64,000 nt of DNA from an uncultured Terriglobus sp. GTDB taxonomy: Bacteria; Acidobacteriota; Terriglobia; Terriglobales; Acidobacteriaceae. The stretch spans positions 39,456-103,455 of the forward strand of contig CAXUHI010000012.1 of NCBI GenBank assembly GCA_964251045.1. Reading direction: 5' to 3'. Position numbers and translations under genes: made by a program. The notes under the pieces are model-generated. The model was not told the origin of the DNA. It worked only from the letters and a program-made list of their open reading frames with translations, and searched no databases. Positions 9,948-19,671 of this stretch are shown here, in pieces (position 1 is the first letter of the stretch; each line of letters starts with the position of its first letter).

Positions 9948-12254
9948 ATGGAACAGGTTCATCCGGGAAATGGCGTGATCGGCGGCGATCCGCGCCGCGT
10001 CGACGGTGTGGCGAAAATCACCGGCCGTGCCATGTACGGCGCGGACCACGCACTCCCTGGGCAGGTCTACGCGGCGCTCACTGTGTCGCCGATTGCGCAT
10101 GGTTCCATCCGTTGCATGGATGATTCCGCGGCGCGGCGGATGCCCGGCGTCGTATACGTGCTGACGCATGAGAACGCCGGAAAGGCGGTCAAGCCCGGCA
10201 AGACGATGCTGGAGGGTGGCTATATGGCACAGGGGGTGACGCCGCTGCAATCCAACCGCATCTACTTCGCGGGTCAGATTGTGGGGATTGCCATCGCCGA
10301 GACGGAAGAAGTAGCCAAGGCCGCTGCTGCTGCCATCCGGTTCGACTACGACGAACGCGAGCCGTCCGGCACCATGGACAGCAAGGGAGCGAAGCTGGTC
10401 AAACCGAAAGCCCTAGGAGAAACGGAGCTCTCCGCAGGTGATGTGGAGCACGGCCTGCGAGAGGCCGTGGCGGTGGTGGATGCGTGGTATGAAACGCCGG
10501 CGCAGCACCACAATCCGATGGAGTTATTCCAGTGCACGTGTGCGTGGCAGGGCGGGTCGCTGACCGTGTGGGAGTCCACCCAGAGCGTGCGCGGCGCGCA
10601 GTATGGTCTGGCAAAGCAGCTGGGCATACGTCCGTCGAAAATACGCGTCGTGTCGCCGTATATTGGAGGCGCGTTTGGTTCCCGCGGCGAAATGGGCCCA
10701 TACACGGCCTGGATCGCCCATCTGGCCCGGCTGTTGAAGCGCCCGGTGAAGCTGGTGGCCACGCGCGCGCAGGGCTTTACGCTGCGCACCTTTCGCGCGG
10801 AGACGCGGCATCATCTGCGGCTGGCCGCCGACAGTGAAGGCCATCTGACCGCGCTCGACCACGAGAGCTGGGAGCTGACCAGTACGGAAGACCGGTTTGC
10901 CGTCGCGGGTTCGGATTCCACCGCGCGGCTGTATGCCTGCCCCAACGTCCGGACAAAGGTGCACAACGTGGAGGCGCACCGCCAGTCTGCCGGGTTCATG
11001 CGCGCTCCACCGGAAACGCCCTATCTCTTCCCGCTGGAGACGGCGATGGATGAGCTGGCGTATGCCCTGGGTATTGACCCGCTGGAGATGCGGCGGCGCA
11101 ATGAGACAGCCATCGAGACGGTGACCAACAAGCCGTACACCAGCCGTTCGCTGCTGCGCTGCATGGACCACGGTGCGGAGTTGTTTGGCTGGGCGAAGCG
11201 CGATCCGCGCCCCTGCAGTATGCGCGACGGCGCTGACCTGATCGGGTACGGCTACGCCACAGCGTTTTATCCGACGCAGGTGGCTCCCGCGCAGTGTCGC
11301 GTGACACTCACCACCGCGTTGCGAGCGCGCGTGGAGGTGGGCACGCACGAGATTGGCACGGGCATCCGGACCGTCGTGGCGCAGACGGCAAGCGATCTGC
11401 TGGGCCTGCCCCTTGACGCGATCGAAATTTGCATCGGTGACAGCAGGCTGCCCGCCGCACCCATGTCCGCGGGATCCAATTCAACGGCAAGCGTATGCAG
11501 CGTGGTGGCGCTGGCCTGCGATGCTCTGCGGGAACGCATGGCCAGGAACGCGAAGGTGTCGCCCGGAAGCCCGTTGCATCGCGTGCCGGTGGAAGCGATG
11601 CGGCTGCGGGACGGACTTCTTGTGGCGGGTGAGCGCAGCGAGCGGCTGGCCGATGCCATCCGGCGCACAAGCCGCGGGCGCAGTGAACTGGTGCAGGATC
11701 AGAAGTATTCCCCGCATGGTGCTCCACCGCTGGTGGGACCGGCCCTGGTCGGGCGCGGCAAGCCGATTCTTCTCGGCGGCTCCAACCTGAAGGACCGGAT
11801 GCAATTTGCCTTTGGAGCGCACTTCGTGGAGGTTCGTATCGACCGCTGGACTGGCGAAATCCGCGTGCCGCGCATGGTGGGCGTGTTTACCGGGGGCCGC
11901 ATCATGAATCGGAGGACGGCGCACTCGCAGCTACAGGGCGGGCAGGTGTGGGGCATGTCCGCCGCGCTGCGGGAGGCGACAGAGATCGACAGGACCCGGG
12001 GATGCTATGTCAACAACAATCTGGCGGAGTACCACCTGCCGGTGGCGGCGGATATCTGCGATGTGCAGACGGTCTTGCTGGATGAGGTGGATCACCTGGT
12101 TAACCCACTTGGGATCAAGGGCGTGGGAGAGCTTGGAGTGACCGGCTTGAATGCGGCGATTGCCAATGCCGTCTTTCATGCGACAGGGACGCGCGTGCGC
12201 CGCTTGCCGATCCGGGTAGGGGACCTGATCCTGAGCGATGGCAGCACCCGGTGA
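9948..12254 (+). CDS. Xanthine dehydrogenase/aldehyde oxidase-family molybdopterin-binding large subunit.
   Basis: After ATG 9948: RVDGVAKITGRAMYGAD (a/b hammerhead), GGAFGSRGE (GGxFG motif) and C-terminal GIKGVGELG (catalytic Glu motif). No 2Fe-2S or FAD subunit gene is adjacent. Confidence 0.9.
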   Translation: MEQVHPGNGVIGGDPRRVDGVAKITGRAMYGADHALPGQVYAALTVSPIAHGSIRCMDDSAARRMPGVVYVLTHENAGKAVKPGKTMLEGGYMAQGVTPLQSNRIYFAGQIVGIAIAETEEVAKAAAAAIRFDYDEREPSGTMDSKGAKLVKPKALGETELSAGDVEHGLREAVAVVDAWYETPAQHHNPMELFQCTCAWQGGSLTVWESTQSVRGAQYGLAKQLGIRPSKIRVVSPYIGGAFGSRGEMGPYTAWIAHLARLLKRPVKLVATRAQGFTLRTFRAETRHHLRLAADSEGHLTALDHESWELTSTEDRFAVAGSDSTARLYACPNVRTKVHNVEAHRQSAGFMRAPPETPYLFPLETAMDELAYALGIDPLEMRRRNETAIETVTNKPYTSRSLLRCMDHGAELFGWAKRDPRPCSMRDGADLIGYGYATAFYPTQVAPAQCRVTLTTALRARVEVGTHEIGTGIRTVVAQTASDLLGLPLDAIEICIGDSRLPAAPMSAGSNSTASVCSVVALACDALRERMARNAKVSPGSPLHRVPVEAMRLRDGLLVAGERSERLADAIRRTSRGRSELVQDQKYSPHGAPPLVGPALVGRGKPILLGGSNLKDRMQFAFGAHFVEVRIDRWTGEIRVPRMVGVFTGGRIMNRRTAHSQLQGGQVWGMSAALREATEIDRTRGCYVNNNLAEYHLPVAADICDVQTVLLDEVDHLVNPLGIKGVGELGVTGLNAAIANAVFHATGTRVRRLPIRVGDLILSDGSTR

Positions 12255-12322
12255 GGTGCGGCGCTGCTGTGCCAGAAAGCAAGGCATCGTGCTCGTGACG
12301 TCGCTTTGAATGGCAGCGTGGA

Positions 12323-12664
12323 TTAATTCGGGCGAACGGGACGGCGGGTTGTGGGCGAGCGGAGTACGATACGGCACAAATCATCGCTCGGTTCGAAGTG
12401 GTGGCCGCGCTGCAAGGCCTCCACGAGTAGATCCCCATCCAGGATTACCGACGAACCGTCGTGCAGGTCGATCACAATACCATCCCCGACCAGGTCGACC
12501 CGCCTGATGGACGGTACCTTAAGAGATTTTTCACGGTGCGATGATGAGGATTCGCAGCAGTGCGGTGCAAGGTGGGCCATGCCCGGTGTGACCTTGCTCT
12601 TTGAGGAACGCGCAGTAGTCTCGACTGCTTTCATCATCTGACACATGTATACGCGGTCTGGCAT
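12323..12664 (-). CDS. Hypothetical protein (weak call).
   Basis: The only sizeable ORF in a ~700-nt gap. No recognisable motif. It may be non-coding. Confidence 0.25.
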   Translation of the reverse strand: MPDRVYMCQMMKAVETTARSSKSKVTPGMAHLAPHCCESSSSHREKSLKVPSIRRVDLVGDGIVIDLHDGSSVILDGDLLVEALQRGHHFEPSDDLCRIVLRSPTTRRPVRPN

Positions 12665-12954
12665 TCAGGCAAAGTCGCCCATCTCACATATACGGGGGAA
12701 TGTCCAGCACCTTGGTAACACGGGTAACATGCGGCAGTAACGAGCTCATCCTCTGCGTTTGCCTTGTACACGACATTTATTCGCCAAGTGCGATGGCGAC
12801 GACCTCGTGCAGGTCGAACGGAGGAACCGGGAGAACGAGAGTGCTGCCGGAAATCCCGTGGGGAACCTGGACGCCTGTGCTTAGCAGGCGTACCCGATGA
12901 CACGGCTGCCCTGCGGGAGTCTAAGGGCGGCGTGGATAGCTGTCCTTCAAGGTT

Positions 12955-13434
12955 CTAAGTGGTGTGGTCCAGGATGATCTTCCAGCCCTCGACAGTCTTT
13001 TCGAGGACGAGGGAGAAGATGCCGCTGGCATTCCCTCCGCCTTTTTTGCTGCGTTCAAGCTGATACTGGCCGGTGACGGTGGCGAACTTGTCGTCGAGCA
13101 GGTGCGGCTCAAGGCTGCTGAACGTCAGGCGGCCCATGGTGTCGCGGTTGGGGTAGTTCTTGTTGTAGCGGGCCAGCATCCCGTCGTAGCCGCGGTAGAC
13201 CTCCGTGCCGATGAAGAGCGTGTCGGGCGAGTTCTTGTAGCCGCTGGTGAAGCCGGTCATGTCTCCCTTGTTCCAGGCGCGCTCCTGCGCCAGCAGGACT
13301 TTAACCACATCAAGCTCGCCCTGCGGGAGGGGTTTCATCTGTTCGCCTTCGCGCTGCTGCGCGGGCATCGCCGGCGGTGCGACGGTCATGAGAAGGCAGG
13401 CGGCGAAAGTGAGGGTGAGCGGCAGGCGGCGCAT
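12955..13434 (-). CDS. Secreted NTF2-fold protein (SnoaL-like/DUF4440-like).
   Basis: Signal peptide MRRLPLTLTFAACLLMTVAPPAMPA. The AWNKGD...GWKIILDHTT pattern is typical of DUF4440/YybH-like proteins. Confidence 0.7.
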   Translation of the reverse strand: MRRLPLTLTFAACLLMTVAPPAMPAQQREGEQMKPLPQGELDVVKVLLAQERAWNKGDMTGFTSGYKNSPDTLFIGTEVYRGYDGMLARYNKNYPNRDTMGRLTFSSLEPHLLDDKFATVTGQYQLERSKKGGGNASGIFSLVLEKTVEGWKIILDHTT

Positions 13435-13495
13435 GGGATGGACCTCCGTACAAGAAAACGGTGCAGAGCCGGGATGAAGTTTCTACAATCATCCT

Positions 13496-15718
13496 ATGCC
13501 GGTGCACACGCAACGCGGAGATGACGCAGCACGGTCTTTGCCGGATGAAAGCAGAGCGGCAACGCGCGTGGTGCACGCAACGTGTTCGCTGGATTGCCCG
13601 GACAGTTGCGGCGTGCTGGCCACGGTGGATACGGCGAGCGGACGCGTGGTGAAGATCACGGGCGATCCTGCCCACCCGTTCACGCGCGGCTTCCTGTGCG
13701 GCAAGGTGGCGCGGTACCTGGACCGGGTATATGCGCCGGACCGGCTGCTGTATCCCATGCGGCGGCGTGTGGGCGTGGCCAAGGGTGCACTGAAGCACGG
13801 CAGCGAGGCGGAAGCATTTGAGCGCATCAGCTGGGACGAGGCGCTGAGGATAGTCGCGGCCCGCTTACAGCAGGTCAGCGATGCGTATGGGCCGGAGTCG
13901 ATCTTGCCCTACAGCTACGCGGGCACGATTGGGCAGCTGGGATATGGATCCATGGACCGGCGCTTTTTTCATCGTCTGGGTGCGTCGCAGTTGGACCGTA
14001 CGATCTGTGCGAGCGCGGGAACGGCGGCGCTGAATGCCGTGTATGGCACGCGCCTGGCCCCCGAGCCGCAGAGCATCGTGCATGCCAGACTCATGATCGC
14101 GTGGGGCGCGAATATCCACGGGAACAACATCCACCTGTGGCCCTTCATCGAGCAGGCGCGGCGCAACGGAGCGCGGCTGGTGGTGATTGACCCCTACCAG
14201 ACGAAGACGGCGCGTCTGGCGGACCAGCATCTTGCCATCCGGCCCGGAACGGACACCGCGCTTGCGATGGGCATGATGCATGTCATCCTGCGCGAGGGGC
14301 TGGAAGATCATGCCTACATCGCGCAGTGCACGCACGGGTTTGAAGCGCTGCGCGAGCGCGTGCTTCGCGAGGAGTATGCGCCGGAACGCGTGGCTGGGAT
14401 CACTGGGATCGATAGTTCGACAACAGTGGAACTGGCGCGTGCCTACGCGACCACAACACCAGCGTTCATCCGGCTGAATTACGGTATTCAGCGGACGGAC
14501 AATGGCGGAACAGCGGCGCGCGCGGTGGGCATGCTGCCGCTCCTGACAGGTGCGTGGAAGCACCATGGCGGCGGGCTGATGCTGTCCACGTCAGCCGCGT
14601 TCGGCTTCAACAAGGCCAGGCTGGAGATGCCGGAGTTGATGCAGGCCAGCCCGCTGGGCCGGACTGCGCGGACGGTGAACATGAGCCGTCTTGGCCACGC
14701 CTTGACGGAGCTGCGCGACCCTGCGGTGCACGCGCTGTTTGTCTATAACTCCAACCCGGCGGCAGTGGCGCCGAACCAGAGCGCGGTGTTGCGCGGAATG
14801 CGGCGCGACGACCTGTTTACCGTGGTGCACGATTGCTTCTTCAGCGATACGGCGGACTACGCGGACATCGTGCTGCCCGCACCGACATTCCTGGAGCAGG
14901 ACGATGTGCAGGGCGCGTACGGCCATTACAACGTGCAGCTCTCGCCGCGCGCGATGGAACCGTTGGCCGAGGCACGCAGCAACGTGTGGCTGTTCGGCCT
15001 GCTCGGGCAGCGCGTGGGATTCGACGAACCATGCTTCAGGGACGCCGAGCAGGAACTCATTGCGCAGGCGGTGGACAGCGCGCACCCGTGGCACCGCGGC
15101 ATCACTCTTGAACGCTTGCAGAGAGGGCAGGTGATTCCGCTGGCGCTGCCGCGCAACGAACGGGGTGAGTTTCTGCCGTTCAGCGATGCATCGTGGTTCA
15201 GGACGCCAAGCGGACGCGGCGAGTTCTATTCAGAGGCGCTCGCGGCGCAGGGGCTTGACCCCCTGCCTGCGTATGTGCCTTCGCCGGAGCGCGGTGGCAC
15301 GGATGCTCCGCTGCGGATGCTGGCGCGCAAGGCAGACCACTGGATGAACTCGACGTTTGCCAATGTTCCACGGCATCGCGCGATGGAGAATGGGCGGATT
15401 GGGCTGGGTGTACTGGAGATGCACCCTGATGATGCGGCTGCTCGCGGGATTGCAGACGGGGATGCTGTGGAGGTGAAGAACGAGCGGGGAATGCTTCAGT
15501 TACGCGCCGCCTTCACTGACCGCGTGTCACAGGGCACCGTGGCCGCGACGCTTGGGTGGAATAAGCTGGCGCGCGGCGGACAAGGTGTCAACATGCTCAC
15601 CAGTGAACGGCTCACCGACCTAGGCGGCGGTGCCACGTTTTACGCAGTGAATGTCGAAGTACGCAAACTGATGAGGACGGAAATTAGGGCCGCAGGCGAA
15701 GCCTGCATGGTGGCCTGA
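13496..15718 (+). CDS. Molybdopterin (bis-MGD) oxidoreductase, MopB superfamily, with an N-terminal 4Fe-4S domain.
   Basis: CSLDCPDSCG cluster motif, a KITGDPAHPFTRGFLCGK block and a C-terminal molydopterin dinucleotide-binding beta-barrel (HPDDAAARGIADGDAVEV). Confidence 0.9.
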   Translation: MPVHTQRGDDAARSLPDESRAATRVVHATCSLDCPDSCGVLATVDTASGRVVKITGDPAHPFTRGFLCGKVARYLDRVYAPDRLLYPMRRRVGVAKGALKHGSEAEAFERISWDEALRIVAARLQQVSDAYGPESILPYSYAGTIGQLGYGSMDRRFFHRLGASQLDRTICASAGTAALNAVYGTRLAPEPQSIVHARLMIAWGANIHGNNIHLWPFIEQARRNGARLVVIDPYQTKTARLADQHLAIRPGTDTALAMGMMHVILREGLEDHAYIAQCTHGFEALRERVLREEYAPERVAGITGIDSSTTVELARAYATTTPAFIRLNYGIQRTDNGGTAARAVGMLPLLTGAWKHHGGGLMLSTSAAFGFNKARLEMPELMQASPLGRTARTVNMSRLGHALTELRDPAVHALFVYNSNPAAVAPNQSAVLRGMRRDDLFTVVHDCFFSDTADYADIVLPAPTFLEQDDVQGAYGHYNVQLSPRAMEPLAEARSNVWLFGLLGQRVGFDEPCFRDAEQELIAQAVDSAHPWHRGITLERLQRGQVIPLALPRNERGEFLPFSDASWFRTPSGRGEFYSEALAAQGLDPLPAYVPSPERGGTDAPLRMLARKADHWMNSTFANVPRHRAMENGRIGLGVLEMHPDDAAARGIADGDAVEVKNERGMLQLRAAFTDRVSQGTVAATLGWNKLARGGQGVNMLTSERLTDLGGGATFYAVNVEVRKLMRTEIRAAGEACMVA

Positions 15719-15780
15719 GACGTCCTTCTGGCTTGCATCGCCTCTGAAGTGTGGTCTGCGGATGCTGTCGCTGAGTAGAC

Positions 15781-16884
15781 TTGCTGGAGCCTATGCTCAT
15801 CCATCGGAACGTTTTGATTACCATGGTCATCGCTGCTTTCAGCTGGTTAGCCCATGCACAGACCATCTCCGAGCTCATCTTCCAGGTCGGCTCCACCAGC
15901 TTTCCCTCGAGCCACGCTTCGACGGTTGTCGAACTAAAGAACGGTGACGTGATGGCGGCATGGTTCGGCGGCACGCAGGAGGGCAAGCCCGACGTTGCCA
16001 TCTGGAGTGCCCGGCGCGGCAAAGAGGGTTGGGCGAAGCCCGTGGAGCTGGTGCGTGAGCCTGGCGTGCCGTGCTACAACCCGGTGCTGTTCTACACGCA
16101 CGATGGACGGCTGTGGCTCTACTACAAGTTCGGCCCAAGCCCGGCCACGTGGAGCGCGGGACGGATGGTGAGTAGTGACAATGGGCAGACCTGGTCGTCA
16201 CCCGAACATCTGCCCGCCGGTTTGCTTGGACCGATCCGCGCGAAGCCTCTTGTTTTGCAGGACGGAACGATTGTGAGCGGCTCTTCCATTGAGAGCTACC
16301 GCGCGTGGGCCGTTTGGATTGAGCGCAGCGCCGACAACGGCACCACCTGGGCCAAGATCGGACCCATCGTTCCGCCAGCTGATCTCGATCGCCAAGGCTA
16401 CGGCGACGGCAACTCGAGCGACGCCACGGATGTGCCCGGTTCCAACGACTGGAAGTTTACCCAGGGCGTCATTCAGCCCTCCGTGGTGCAACTCAGCGGC
16501 GGGAACCTGCGGCTCTATGCGCGGTTCACGGCAAAGACGGCGCGCGTAACCATCGCTGACTCCGACGACTTCGGGAAGACATGGACACAAGCCCGGCCCA
16601 TCGACGTTCCCAACCCGAACTCCGGCATCGATGCCGTCTCACTCAAGGACGGGCGCATCGTCCTCATCTACAACAACACCACCACGGGCCGCACGCCGTT
16701 GAATCTCGCCGTCAGCTCCGATGGGGAACACTTTCGCATGTTCCGCACGCTGGAAGACGCTCCCGGCGAGTACTCCTATCCAGCGCTGGTGCAGGCGGCG
16801 AACGGCGATCTCCTGATGACCTACACGTACAAGCGGAACACCATCAAGTATGTCCGTATGCCGGTCCGTGATGTTCCACGCTGA
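15781..16884 (+). CDS. Secreted BNR-repeat exo-alpha-sialidase-like glycosidase.
   Basis: Signal peptide and Asp-boxes SSDNGQTW, SADNGTTW and SDDFGKTW. An alternative start is a few codons downstream. Confidence 0.85.
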   Translation: MLEPMLIHRNVLITMVIAAFSWLAHAQTISELIFQVGSTSFPSSHASTVVELKNGDVMAAWFGGTQEGKPDVAIWSARRGKEGWAKPVELVREPGVPCYNPVLFYTHDGRLWLYYKFGPSPATWSAGRMVSSDNGQTWSSPEHLPAGLLGPIRAKPLVLQDGTIVSGSSIESYRAWAVWIERSADNGTTWAKIGPIVPPADLDRQGYGDGNSSDATDVPGSNDWKFTQGVIQPSVVQLSGGNLRLYARFTAKTARVTIADSDDFGKTWTQARPIDVPNPNSGIDAVSLKDGRIVLIYNNTTTGRTPLNLAVSSDGEHFRMFRTLEDAPGEYSYPALVQAANGDLLMTYTYKRNTIKYVRMPVRDVPR

Positions 16885-16923
16885 CGTTCCGTCCGGTCTG
16901 GAGCGGCATCTACAATCAACGGT

Positions 16924-17535
16924 GTGATCGCGCATATCCGTGGACGGCTCCTGAGCAAAACGCCGGGTCAGGTGGTGGTGGAGTGCGGCGGCGTCGGCTA
17001 TGACGTAAGCATCTCCGTGCCCACCTTTTCCGCGCTGCCGGGTGAGGGCGCGGAGGTCTCGCTGCACATCAACACGCAGGTGCGCGAGGACGCCATTGCT
17101 CTCTTCGGATTTCTCGACCGCGCAGAGAAGCGGCTTTTCGAGCGAATGATTACGGTCAGCGGGATTGGGCCGAAGTTGGGGATTACTGTGCTTTCCGGCT
17201 TGCCGGCGGCGGCACTTGTGACGGCCATCCGGGGCGGTGACCATGCCCAGTTGACGCGGATTCCAGGGATCGGGAAGAAGACCGCCGAGCGCGTCGTGCT
17301 GGAGCTGAAGGACAAGCTGGATGATCTGCAGGGCGCGCCCACGCAGGCGGCCACCGGGCTTCAGCACGGGCCTGTCGCGGACGATGTGCTGTCGGCGCTG
17401 GTTAACCTGGGCTATAAGCGCGAGAGCGCACAGAAGGCGATCGAAACGGCGATTGCGAAGCACGAGGGGACAGAGCTTACGATCCGCACGGATTTCGACC
17501 AGCTCTTCCGCTATAGCATGCAGGCCATCCGGTAA
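16924..17535 (+). CDS. ruvA: Holliday junction branch migration complex subunit RuvA.
   Basis: GTG start. IAHIRGRL...VVVECGGVGYDV..., HhH blocks ITVSGIGPKLGITVLSG and LTRIPGIGKKTAERVVLELKDK. Confidence 0.95.
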   Translation: MIAHIRGRLLSKTPGQVVVECGGVGYDVSISVPTFSALPGEGAEVSLHINTQVREDAIALFGFLDRAEKRLFERMITVSGIGPKLGITVLSGLPAAALVTAIRGGDHAQLTRIPGIGKKTAERVVLELKDKLDDLQGAPTQAATGLQHGPVADDVLSALVNLGYKRESAQKAIETAIAKHEGTELTIRTDFDQLFRYSMQAIR

Positions 17536-17574
17536 AGCTGTAACTACATTCCTGTAGTTAAAACCCAGTGTGTG

Positions 17575-17869
17575 ATGCCGGTCCGGTTGGAGTGGGACGA
17601 AGCCAAGATCCACTCCAACCAGCGCAAGCACGGCGTCAGCTTTGAGGAAGCTGCAGCTGTCTTTCTGGACGCCAACTATGTCCGTGCAGGATCGTTTCGT
17701 TGACGGCGAAGAGCGTTGGCAGACGCTAGGGATCGTTGGCGGAGGTGTATTGCTGCTGGTAGCACACACGACGCATGATGAAAGTACGCACGATCTGGTC
17801 ATTCGCATCATCTCCGCCCGTCATGCAGACCGGCGCGAAAGGCGTAGGTATGAAAGCGAAACTCGTTAG
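17575..17869 (+). pseudogene. brnT: BrnT-family (DUF497) toxin gene, frameshifted.
   Basis: Frame 1 gives MPVRLEWDEAKIHSNQRKHGVSFEEAAAVFLDANYV, then a stop at 17701. The conserved continuation DRFVDGEERWQTLGIVGGGVLLLVAHT...IRIISARHADRRERRRYE lies in the next frame (ORF 17642..17869). This implies a single-nt indel near 17675-17685. Confidence 0.7.
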
Positions 17870-18160
17870 CTACACGCTGGAGACGCTGCCGAGGATATCG
17901 GATGAGCGTACGGCAGCACTGAAGGCGCAGTCGGACGCCCTGGTTCCGAGATCGATTACAGTGACATACCACCCATCGACGCAAAGACGTGGAACAATGC
18001 GGTTAGGCTCCGGGGTCCGTTGTACCGGCCTGTGAAGCGGCAGAGTACGGCGCGCGTGGATGCGGATGTGCTGGAGTGGCTGAAGTCGCAGGGCAAAGGC
18101 TACCAGTCTCGTATCAATGCCATCCTTCGCCGCGAGATGCTGGCGGCGCAGCAGCGATAG
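17850..18160 (+). pseudogene. brnA: BrnA-family antitoxin gene, frameshifted.
   Basis: MKAKLVSYTLETLPRISDERTAALKAQSDALVP is in one frame. The conserved EIDYSDIPPIDAKTWNNAVRLRGPLYRPVKRQSTARVDADVLEWLKSQGKGYQSRINAILRREM is in another, ending at TAG 18158-18160. The shift is near 17946-17950. The start overlaps the brnT 3' end. Confidence 0.65.
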
Positions 18161-18191
18161 AGGCTTTACCGTGCTGTGTTACCCAGGTGGG

Positions 18192-18461
18192 TCAGCGTCT
18201 TGTCTTGCGGCGGGCGTCGCGTGCGGGCCAATAGGTGAACGGCTTCTCATACAGATCACCGGTGAGGTCGGCGACGGTGCGCTGCAGGCGGGTCTGGGCA
18301 TCGCCGATGGCCTGGTTATAGATCACCGGCCCTATCTCTTCTAAAAAGTAGTCCAGCAGCATGCCGGCGGCCAGGTCGCCGATGGGTTCCGGCAGGTTCT
18401 CTTCGACGTAGCGTTTCAGTGACGCGACCGCGTCCGCGCGTGTCTGCTTATCCAGTTCCAT
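18192..18461 (-). CDS. DUF2164-family protein.
   Basis: The LLDYFLEEIGPVIYNQAIGDA block is typical of DUF2164. It overlaps the upstream gene by 14 nt. Confidence 0.75.
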   Translation of the reverse strand: MELDKQTRADAVASLKRYVEENLPEPIGDLAAGMLLDYFLEEIGPVIYNQAIGDAQTRLQRTVADLTGDLYEKPFTYWPARDARRKTRR

Positions 18462-19671
18462 GGCGTCCTTTGTGCGCCGGAGCGATGCCCGTTCGTTCGG
18501 CGTGTTCCGCGATCACCGCATTGATTTCAAGTGCCAGCGCAAGGGCGGCGCGGCCGTTGTCTCCGCTGACCTGCGGTGGCGTACGGGTGCGGACGGCATG
18601 CAGAAAACTCTCGATCTCCAGCCGAAGGGGTTCGCCTGGAACTGTGGGAACCTTGCGCAACGAAAGTCCACTCGAGGGATGCGGCTGTGTTTCGACGTCC
18701 GGCGTGCTCGCGAACCGCTGGTGAGGAGCGCTCTCCTTGACGGCATCTGCCGCCGGAGCGCGGCCCTGACTCGTGCGAAGCATGGCCAGGTGCGTCTCTA
18801 CTTCGCTGCCGGAGTGCGCCTCGTCGCGGCCCGGGCTGAACAGGGCGTGCATCTGGGCAGGGATCAGCGAGGCAGTTGCGGTGACATCGATCATGAGCAG
18901 GTCCTGCCGCGCGAAGTCCAGCGACAGGTATTGATGCGGCTGGAAAAAGCGCAGCTTGCGCACGCGTTCCGTGCTGACACGTGATGCGGTGAAGTTGGCG
19001 ACGGCACCGCTCTCAAACTCCACACGCACATTGGCAATGTCCGTCTTGGGTGAGAGCACGGGCAGGCCGACCGCGCGCACCTCGCGCACAGGCGATGCGG
19101 CGAGTGTCAGGACGATGTCAAGGTCGTGGATCATCAGGTCGAGCACGACATCCACGTCCAGCGAACGCGGCGTGAAGACGCTGAGCCGGTGCGCTTCAAA
19201 GAACATGGGCCGGTTGCGCAGCGGCATGGCAGCGGCGACCGCGGGATTGAAGCGTTCCAGGTGCCCTGGCTGAACGATACGGTTGTGCTGCCGTGCCGCG
19301 GCAAGAATGGCATCTGCCTCGTCCAGCGTGGATGCCAGCGGCTTTTCGATCAAGAGGTCGATGCCAGCCTGAAGAAGCTCTCGTGCTGCTTCCGCGTGAT
19401 GGACGGTGGGCGTGCAGATGCTGGCAGCGTCCAGACCGATGCCGCTGTGGAGCAGTTCACCTCTTGTCGCGAAGGCAGGGATGCCGTACTCAGCGGTGGC
19501 TGCTGCGCGTCCGGCGGGACTGGGATCAACGCAGGCGGCCAGCTGCACCCATGCAGCGTTTTCCTGCTGTAAGGCGCTGTAGACGCGAAGGTGATTGCGG
19601 CCAAACGCTCCCACACCGACGACAGCGATCCGGAGTGGACCTCGCTCACCGTGGTCAGGTGAGGCGCTCAC
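18448..19671 (-). CDS. Gfo/Idh/MocA-family NAD(P)-dependent oxidoreductase.
   Basis: LRIAVVGVGAFGRNHLRVY Rossmann motif and an EKPLA motif. The C-terminal domain carries a low-complexity insertion. Confidence 0.85.
   Translation of the reverse strand: MSASPDHGERGPLRIAVVGVGAFGRNHLRVYSALQQENAAWVQLAACVDPSPAGRAAATAEYGIPAFATRGELLHSGIGLDAASICTPTVHHAEAARELLQAGIDLLIEKPLASTLDEADAILAAARQHNRIVQPGHLERFNPAVAAAMPLRNRPMFFEAHRLSVFTPRSLDVDVVLDLMIHDLDIVLTLAASPVREVRAVGLPVLSPKTDIANVRVEFESGAVANFTASRVSTERVRKLRFFQPHQYLSLDFARQDLLMIDVTATASLIPAQMHALFSPGRDEAHSGSEVETHLAMLRTSQGRAPAADAVKESAPHQRFASTPDVETQPHPSSGLSLRKVPTVPGEPLRLEIESFLHAVRTRTPPQVSGDNGRAALALALEINAVIAEHAERTGIAPAHKGRHGTG

Noticed and set aside
16639-17811. 390-aa minus-strand ORF.
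   Set aside because: It is antisense to the sialidase 3' end, ruvA and brnT, all of which have clear family motifs. Its composition is junk-like.
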